Assembly (NCBI RefSeq): GCF_000002075.1
Contig: NW_004797289.1
Span: 1,712,154-1,776,153 of the forward strand
Length of the DNA: 64,000 nucleotides
Direction of reading: 5' to 3'
From: Aplysia californica
Taxonomy: Eukaryota
A program made the position numbers and the translations under genes. Numbering within the stretch: the stretch's first letter is position 1; each line of letters begins with the position of its first letter. Under the pieces are notes generated by a model. That model was given only the letters and a program-made list of their open reading frames with translations, searched no databases and had not been told where the DNA came from. Below are positions 53,101 to 62,100 of this stretch, one piece after another.

Positions 53101-56100
53101 CAATTTCTAGGTAATAACAAGCTACACACAATACAAATCTACTCCTTCACTCTACACCATTATCCTCAGTAGTACACCTAGAGACCCTCAGCATAAGGCT
53201 TTAAAAAAATGAATTAGATAAGACAATGAAAAGGCAATACTTTAATTCAGCATCATTGTAAGAAATAAACAGCATGGGTGACAAAGGTGTGTATGAAATT
53301 GATATCTATAATATTGACCCTCAAAGACTCAATCGAATTGACCCCAAAAGTATCTATCAAACTGATCCTCTAAGTATCAACAATATTGACCCTCAAATCA
53401 TCTAGTAAATTGATCCTCAAATATTTGTCACATTGACCATCTAGCTGTTTCACCTGTTGGGATGCGACCGAGGCAGCAGAAACTTGAAGTCCACCACACA
53501 GCGGCCGTCCTCCAGCTGACTGTGCTGCATGCAGTTCATGTCGTACGCGATGTACGCACGACGAATGTACACCTTCGGGGGAGGGAAACAAGAACAACTC
53601 AAATAACTTCTTCTTTTACGCTTTTGTCACACATTAAAGCTCAAACTTCTTCTCCTTTTCGGTTTCTCTAAGACCCTACAGCTTAAATTCTTTCCATTTT
53701 TCCTCTTCTTAAAAAAATTATGGTTAAAACTTCTTTCTCTTTTCCTTTTCTCCAACACATTAAGCCCAAATTTCTTCTTCTCTTCATCTTCTCTCACACA
53801 CTAAAGCTCAAATTTCCTTTTCTCTTCTTCTCTCACACATTAAATCACCAGGTGAGTTGAACGCATGACTTTTGGCTAACACTGAAACTAAAGACATACA
53901 TAACCATTTACTTTTCTGCACAGAGTATCCCTCATTTTTCAGCCACCCACATCTAAACTTGATGTTAATGATACTGGCTGAATTCTCTAATTTCAACAGG
54001 AATTGAAATGTTTTTAAAAAGTGTAGACACTGTAGACATAACATTGCACTTTACTTGCATTTGAGGGCTAGATATTTATGAAGTGACCTGTTTCAAAGAA
54101 AACATGTTTGCACATAACAGGAATCAGAACTGGCAAATGTTTATTAACTTTAACAAGCTCCTACATCGTCCGCATCAAGTATTTCTTATTCAATTATTTC
54201 ACAATATCCTGCAGGAACAAAACATCTTTTCTTCCCAAGGAATTTAGACTATTAGGAGGAAAGATGACTACTGTCTGTTGTATTAAGTCACAATATACTC
54301 CAAGCAACACAAATCTCCTCATCCCCAGGATCATTCATCTATAGGGAGGGAAAACCAACACTATCTAAAAGGAGGGGAAACCACCACAATAATGTCACTC
54401 ACTTCAAGAGCAGCCCTTCTCACAGCCTCGTTGCTGTGGTAAAAGAACTCTTGCAGCACATCGTAGATGGCGGTTTCTGAGTTGATCAGTTTCTGTTTGA
54501 TAAAAAAAACATTTGTAACAGAAGAATGAATAATGTGGGGAATGATCAAATGAGTATAGAAAACCTAAGCATAATGATAAAATATAGCTGTTAAACAACC
54601 ACTTTTCAGAATTCAAGCATTAAAAAATTTGATAGTTTCCTCTTGTAGGGAATGATAACATATTGAAAAAGACATAGAGGATAGTTTAACTAATTCATTA
54701 ATTATATAATTTAAATAGCACCTTAAATGCCAAGCTGTAAGCGAAGAATCACTTGAACTTGAATCAGAAGAAACCTTTAAATACGAAGAGGTAGGAACTG
54801 AGGTGCAGCACAGCACATTGTAAGTCAGAAAAGCCAAATAATTTTCTTCCATCTCAACTTATTCTTCACCAAGTGCCAGGTCTGAAATACACATCAGCAA
54901 TTATGATACGCCACTCATTTCCCAGCTCAAAAACTCTAAAAAATCCGACTTAATCCTGGTCTTTTTCCCTCACCAGTTGCTCACTAGCCTGAAATGCTAA
55001 AGAAAGAAATGTACAGATCTTAATTATTTAGGACCATCATAAGAATTTACAACTTGGAATATTTTGCGTGAGAACCAACTCATCTCACCTGTAGATTCTC
55101 CGGACAGAAGTCATGTCCAGACATGTCGATAGCGGAGAGGAAAATGGACTCCATCTGGTTGTGCCGGTGCTCGTAGGGAGGCAGGTGAGCTGCAATGAGG
55201 ACCTGGCGGGCCCTTAGCGCCACTTTGGAGTTCTCCGACTTGTTCAGCTGCGTCAGCTCGCTCAAGATGGAGGCCAGCTCATCAGTGAGGCCAGGCTCTT
55301 TGCCACACAGATGGTCCTGGGGAGTGTTTGTTTGTTAAAGCTAGAGTTTTTCGCACTTGTAACATAATCAGGTCATACAAGAGCCAGACATTAGAGACGT
55401 TACAAGAGAGTAACAAACACAACAAAAGAAGGAGAGATAGATGTTTGATAGGAAAGAAGGAGCAACCACACCAGAACACCCCTTAAACACCCACCCGGGG
55501 AATGTACAAGAAGACTAGTTGTTTGTTTGAGAAAAGTACTACTTGTTTGTTTGAGGAAAGTTTAAGTTTTAGTAAGAGTTTTACGGCACTTGCAACACAA
55601 ATAGGTTCTATGAATGCCAAAGAGTAAAGGTCAGAGAGTAAAGCACAAAGAAAAAATTGAGGAGAGATGAGGACGATAGATGTTTGACAAGCAATAAGAA
55701 GCAGACAATACTAGAACGCCCATCAACCGCCCACTGTTTGAGGAAAGAGTACATTGACACCATACCAGCCATTTCGAGCTGAGAAAAAGGAGACAAAAAA
55801 ACTTTTTAAACAGGGGAAAAAAAAAAGCAGGACCTAACAGTACCCCCCTCCAACCATTTGCATGACAAATTACCTGAGAAAGACAAGTGACCTCAGTATC
55901 ACCGATGCAAGCAAACGAATGAGCTACTTATGCAGGAAGATATGACTGTATAGCGTAGTGGCTCCCATGTTCTTTACTCAACATCAAAGTTCCACAATAA
56001 TGGTCTTATTCATTTGTTTGTTTCCAAGAAGAAGAATAGATTTTAACTTTTCAGTGAAAAATCTTTTCCTACTTAATCCATAGTGATTTCTGTTTTCTTA

Positions 56101-59100
56101 AAATCAACTTTCAAAATAAATCAGTTCATTGTTCAATTTTTAAGAAAATGCTTTATCATTTTTTTTTAAATGCCTTCCTAAGCTATTTATACATCACTTA
56201 CATGTAAGATAAGGAACAATTTTTTAAAAAGGACTCACAATGAGCATGATGACCAAGGAATTCTTTTGTTGCACTGAGACATGAGAGAAAATGGTCTGTA
56301 CCACAGACAGCATGTCATCCTTGTTTTTCTCTCGGATAGAACACACACATTTGTCATAGGAACCTGCAAATAGAACACACACACTTGTCATGAGAACCTG
56401 CAAATATTAACACACACATCTATCATACGAATCTGAGAATGGATAGGAAAAGCACAGGTTTCAACAATGTAAAAATACAGAAATAGTCTGATCAAATAAT
56501 GTCAGTGCGGGTCAAATCTAATGTTCTGATCCATACACCCTGAACTGATTGGGACCATACACCTGAACTCTCCTGGATCAAATGTTGGACTGCACTCATG
56601 AAAAAAACAACCCTGATCTTCGTGTTCACATTTCAGAACTATCTTGAAACTGCAGCTCCACCCTTAGGTAATGCCTCTACATTTTACTAAGATCTCACAA
56701 TCTATGTCTCTTTACCTTAAGAAAACTGTAGCTCTTCTCTAAGGCTCTATACTTTACTAAGAGCACACAATCTACATCTATTTACCTTGCTGAAACTGCA
56801 GCTCCACCCTGAGGTAATGCCTCAACAACTCCTGCACCACTGACTTCATGTGTCCACGGATGCCGTTCCTGTAGCGCTGTACCAGCTGCACGATGCCTTG
56901 TGTGGTCATGAAGAACACATCACGGTCCGCGCGCTTGTTCAGGGTGGCTGCATACGTGTCTATCACGCTAGCGATCTGTTGGTGGGAGTGTGTGTGTTTG
57001 TGTGAGTGTGTGTTTGTGTGTGTGTGTGGGGGGGGGGTGGGGGGGGCATATTGTTAATCAATTATTAGAATATTTAAACTTATTATAACTAGTTTATCTG
57101 TTTGAGATGTCAAAGTCTTTCGTTTAAGCACCATTTATGTGCACATGTAAACAATTCAGTAAATGTTGTGAAATACCACCCAAGAAAGTTTAGCAGTTCA
57201 TAATGGTTTCTTGCAAGCGGTTTGTGTCCCACATTGATAAAATTTCAATCTGGGTTTAATCCCTGCACATCACTTATCAGTCTAGCAGACTGACTGACAA
57301 AGATACACAATAAAAATGGCCATTATAGACACAAACCAATTCAAATTAAATAATTTGAGTCGAACCCCCTTGCTGCCAGGCCCAGGACAGCCTCATGGTG
57401 TGAAATAAGATTTAATAAATTAAACAAGGAGGTCTGGCAATCCTCTCCTTTTGGGTCCCCTGTTTACACCTCACAGGTGGCCAACAAAAGTTCCTTCAAC
57501 CTACAGATTCTGGCGCTCATATGACCTTCTGCAGTTGCAAGCACCGTAAAACCTCTACTAAAACAACAAACCTACAGATTACTCGTTCATTTACCTGTAA
57601 CCTAACAACCCTACAAAACTGCTGTCATTTTCCAAAGTACAGTACATGCAGCTTTTACGATTTTACAGAAGAGCTAAAAAAAAACTAAATATTGTTACAA
57701 AAGAAACAAACTCTACAAACATCCAAAGTCAAATTTTCTAATGATACAATTTTGACAATAATTTCCTTATTTTCTTGGTAACAACATTCAGTTGTTTTTT
57801 TTGGTCTCTTGTAAAATTGTAAAAACTGCATATATTGTACTTTAATGACAGCTGAAAACCAACAGAGGACCTACAATTTTGCCTGACAAGCAACAACTCT
57901 AGAAAACCTTCTCACCTGTTGGCTAGGGAACTGGCACAGTACAGATGTGATGTTGCTGGCATAGGAAGACATCAGCTTGCGTATGGATTTCTCTACATGC
58001 TGGGGCACTCGGCCTTGAATCATGGAGATCAGGTCCTAAAAAATTAAGAAAAAAACAAACAAAATACCATTAACAATAATCATTTTTGTGTGAAGACAAT
58101 CTAAAAGAACACAGTTACCCTTACTTAATTTACTGATTTAAAAGGAGAAGCACCCTCATCATTAAACACAAAAGAAAAAAAAAATAATAGAAAGTATGCA
58201 TTACTAAAATTAAAGGCATTAAAAAAACCCAACCCATACAGCCAAGCTTTGATTTTGCCTGAATAGTGAACTTTTTTCAACGATGGATATATTAAACAGT
58301 ATCCAAAGCAAGTAAAGTGGTAAACACGAAAAAGTATATTTTTAACTAAGTATAATTCAGTCAGAGGCATCAAGACAATTCAATTCATTATACAGACTTC
58401 AACATAAGTTAAGGACCACTAGCAAACACTCTGAGTGGTCTCATTGGATCGACCTGCACATGGGCATTCTTGGACTGACCCAGTGGCTTGATGGTGCAGC
58501 CTCAAGCTGTCAATGACAGAGAGTGACACTGCAAGCCTTCTTGCAACTTCAAGGGCTCCAACTCCATCCTGCAGCCATGCCACAGCTCTGGCACGATCAA
58601 AGTCTCTCAGTTTTTGTCCCGATGGCATGTTGATGCAATACTGGATTTTGCGCACAAACGGCGGCTTATATTGCCACCAAAGTGAGCATAGTTCGAGACT
58701 GTATGCCACCTAAGTGAGCATAGTTCGAGACGTACGTCCGTTTATGACATGCACCAGATATTTTAACTGAGAAATGTTGATGGTGTTGCACACAAGTCGA
58801 TTAAAAAAAAGCAAATTTGGCTGAAATTCCCAGAGGATTTCCGAGCTGCACGTGGTGATTTTGCCCCTTTTGGAAGCTTTGCAGTACACATTTGTAACCC
58901 ACAAACAATTTCAGAGCAAAATATTTTGAAACATTCCTTGCTGTCTTTTTTTCGATTTAAAAAAAAATCAGAGCTGTCTGTCAAGGTGGTCGTTAACTTA
59001 TGTTGAAGTCTGTAGGTATATCTGATACGCCATTTTGATGGCTGAGGTCAAGAAGTGACTAAATCCACTTTCGATCAAAATGGAACAATCGATATGGGTA

Positions 59101-62100
59101 GTGAGAGTTTAAGCCGCTCTTTTACCTCTGTAAATATCGAGGCCGTAACTTAATTCCGTATCGAGATAATGACATTTCTTTTTCAACTATGTTATAGAGA
59201 TTTCAAAATCGTCAAAATTTCAAACTGGTGAGTAGTACAGTCACCACTTCCTAACCTGAAGCTCCAACAGGGGCAGGGCTGGGTCCTTGAGACACTTCAT
59301 TAGGCGTCCGACTGTTTGACTGAGACGTTCGCGGAATTGAGGCTCGGGGAGGATGTAGCCAGACAGAATGTTGTCAAGGTCGGCTTTGGCGCGTTGGAAC
59401 ACTTGATGCTGCTTGTCTCCATGGGTAGCCGTGTTTTCCTGGGTGGGCAGGGGGCCTTCATGGAGCTTGGCCTATGGGGTGAGATGGGGGAGGGGTTGGG
59501 ATGACAGAGCAGATTTAACCTAGGCCTCTTTTATCCACAAGCTATTTTACAATTAATGTACTATTCATTTTTTAGTTAGTTTAGTTTTAGTAGAGGTTTT
59601 ACGGCGCTCGAAACTGCATTAGGTCATATGAGCACCAGAAGATTAGAGGTGTTACAAGAGAGTAACAAACACAAAAAAGAAGGAGGGGAGATAAGGACGA
59701 CAGATGTTTAATAGGAAAGAAGGAGCAACCACACCAGAATTCATTTTTTAAAAACAGAAATACTTGAATATATCTGTGTGGTGACCCCATCAATTAAATT
59801 AAAAGAGATTGTAATAGCCTGAAGACTAAAAACCATGTACAGATTTCCTTGTATGGCCATGACAAGCATTTGAAGCTTCAGAAAATAAGACCAGCGGAGA
59901 GCGTCCTGGTGCTCTCATATGAGACATTAACTTCTTTTTTGAAAATTAGGCATTTAGTTATAACATTTTAACTAAAAGAGACAGTACTTGAAGAGTTTCA
60001 TCAAGGTCCCACGTCTCGTATTTCAGTCTGCCATATACAACATATTGCTTTCCGATAACCAAAACTATTTCCACAATATACACTTGGAAATCTTAACCTT
60101 CTAATATTTCAAAAAGTTTATAATATATTCAAAATTAATTTTAGGCTGACATGAAGTCAAGGCTAATAATTGTGGTGACCTTTCTTTTGGAATTGAGGTA
60201 TAATAAGGAACTCCCAAAACCAAAAAATTATAGGCTCCAAGAAAGATCAAAGTCAACCAAATGTGAGCGTGCCTGGTGAAAGGTACCAAAAGACGCATTT
60301 GCTCCAACTGAGATATCAGGCTTCAGAGGTCAAAAATAGAATTTTTGACAAAAACTAAGTCCCATTAAAAATGGATATTTTAGCCATTGATATATTGATA
60401 TTTACAAGGACTTGAGTTTCTTTTACTTTAAAATACATTTTTAAAGATGCTTTTTAACACAAAGTATATTGCATAATCCTAGAAAATGCGTTAAAAAATA
60501 GATTTTCTGAGTAAACATTGCAGAGGGTTTCTCTTGTCCATTCATAAAGTCAACCCAATCACATTGCATTCCAAAATTTAGGTCATTCTCTCCTCTCTCT
60601 AGTGGCGGGTAGTGCGCATGAATATCTATAACATGTAAACAAAGCAAAGCTTTGCGCATTCACACCCTTTAGCTTTTTTGTAGAGCAAACTTATATCGCT
60701 TTTTTGTGCCCTGTTTCTTGAAAATTCTTGTTCAAGGTGGTGTAGAATTTGTTCAGAAGACGTAATATAAACACTGTGAAGCAGCTCTTTAAGGTTGGCT
60801 TGCGAGTAGTGAATGTGTTGTCAGGTCATCTCGAAGCGTAGCTCTATCTATTTGAAGCTGAAACACAAAGGGTAAACTTTAAAGCCCTTTTTCTTAAAAC
60901 TCTGTTTCTGTACCCTGCCTTACAAAATCACCCATACCTCAATATCTGCTGAAGATATCTTAAAAATTCAAAATGCATATTGTTCAGAAATCATCCCTGT
61001 ACATAAAAATGCAAAAACTCTCAATGCGTCATTTGGTACCTTTCACCAGGCACACACACAAAAAACCACATACAATGCCCACAGGGAGCACAATCCATAC
61101 CATTTGTACTCTGCTGGGGTCATCCAGGGTCAGATAAGCCACCACACTCCCAGCATCCAGCACAGCACCAGGTCTCTTTGAATAATGAACGCTGTCAACA
61201 ACAAAAATACAAAGAGAAATTTTACAGTTTAGAAGTTTTTTTTAAAAAGAATACATCAAATTAAAATTTTTTTAAACTTGAGATATTCAAAACTAAACAC
61301 AACGCACCTGATATAACAGTTGAGTACAATTGTCTTTCAAAATGATCTAAAAAAATAAACAAGTTTTATGTTATAAAAATAACATGAACTTTCACAGATC
61401 ATAATTCAAAATCTTAAAACTTTCGTTAAAAAAAACTACTAAGCATTCTGAAGCCCCATTCACACGTACAGTTCATTGATCGACAAACTGTAGGAAATCG
61501 AAAGAATGGCGGGCATCCTGTCAACTTTCCGATAAAACTGAGCGTGGAAACGAGCAATCCTCTCGATATTGAAGGGTTCTCAGTACAGCCACCAGATATC
61601 TGGTGAAGCTAGATATTTTCCGGCCAGCGAACTGAAGGCATGATGAGGAGAGAGCATTTAATCTTTTTTTGTGTGTTTTGTGTATTTTGTCAAGGACTGA
61701 CACTTCAAGGATAAAAAAAACTATATGTCTAAATGGAACTTCTCTCGTCGACAAACTTTCAGTTCAACTATGACCCAGATCTGGCGTCTGTCGGTTAAAC
61801 CGTCAGTCTGTCGATGAATGAACTGTACATGAAAAGGGATCCTTACATTAGACTTTTAAAAAATCAAAATCATAGACTTAGCCCACAGAAAAGAACAGAA
61901 ACTGTACACTACCAAAAATCCAAAGCAATCTGAGACTTCTGGAACCTTCCAATCTACAACACCTTGTTAGAGTACAAAGAGTTGAACTTTAAGCATAGCT
62001 GCCACTCAAAAAAGGAGGAAATTCACGCAAAGGCATACGCGCGCTCTCCGAAGGCCGCAGTAAAACCAGTGAGACCCAGAGGCAATATATGCTGGAAAAT

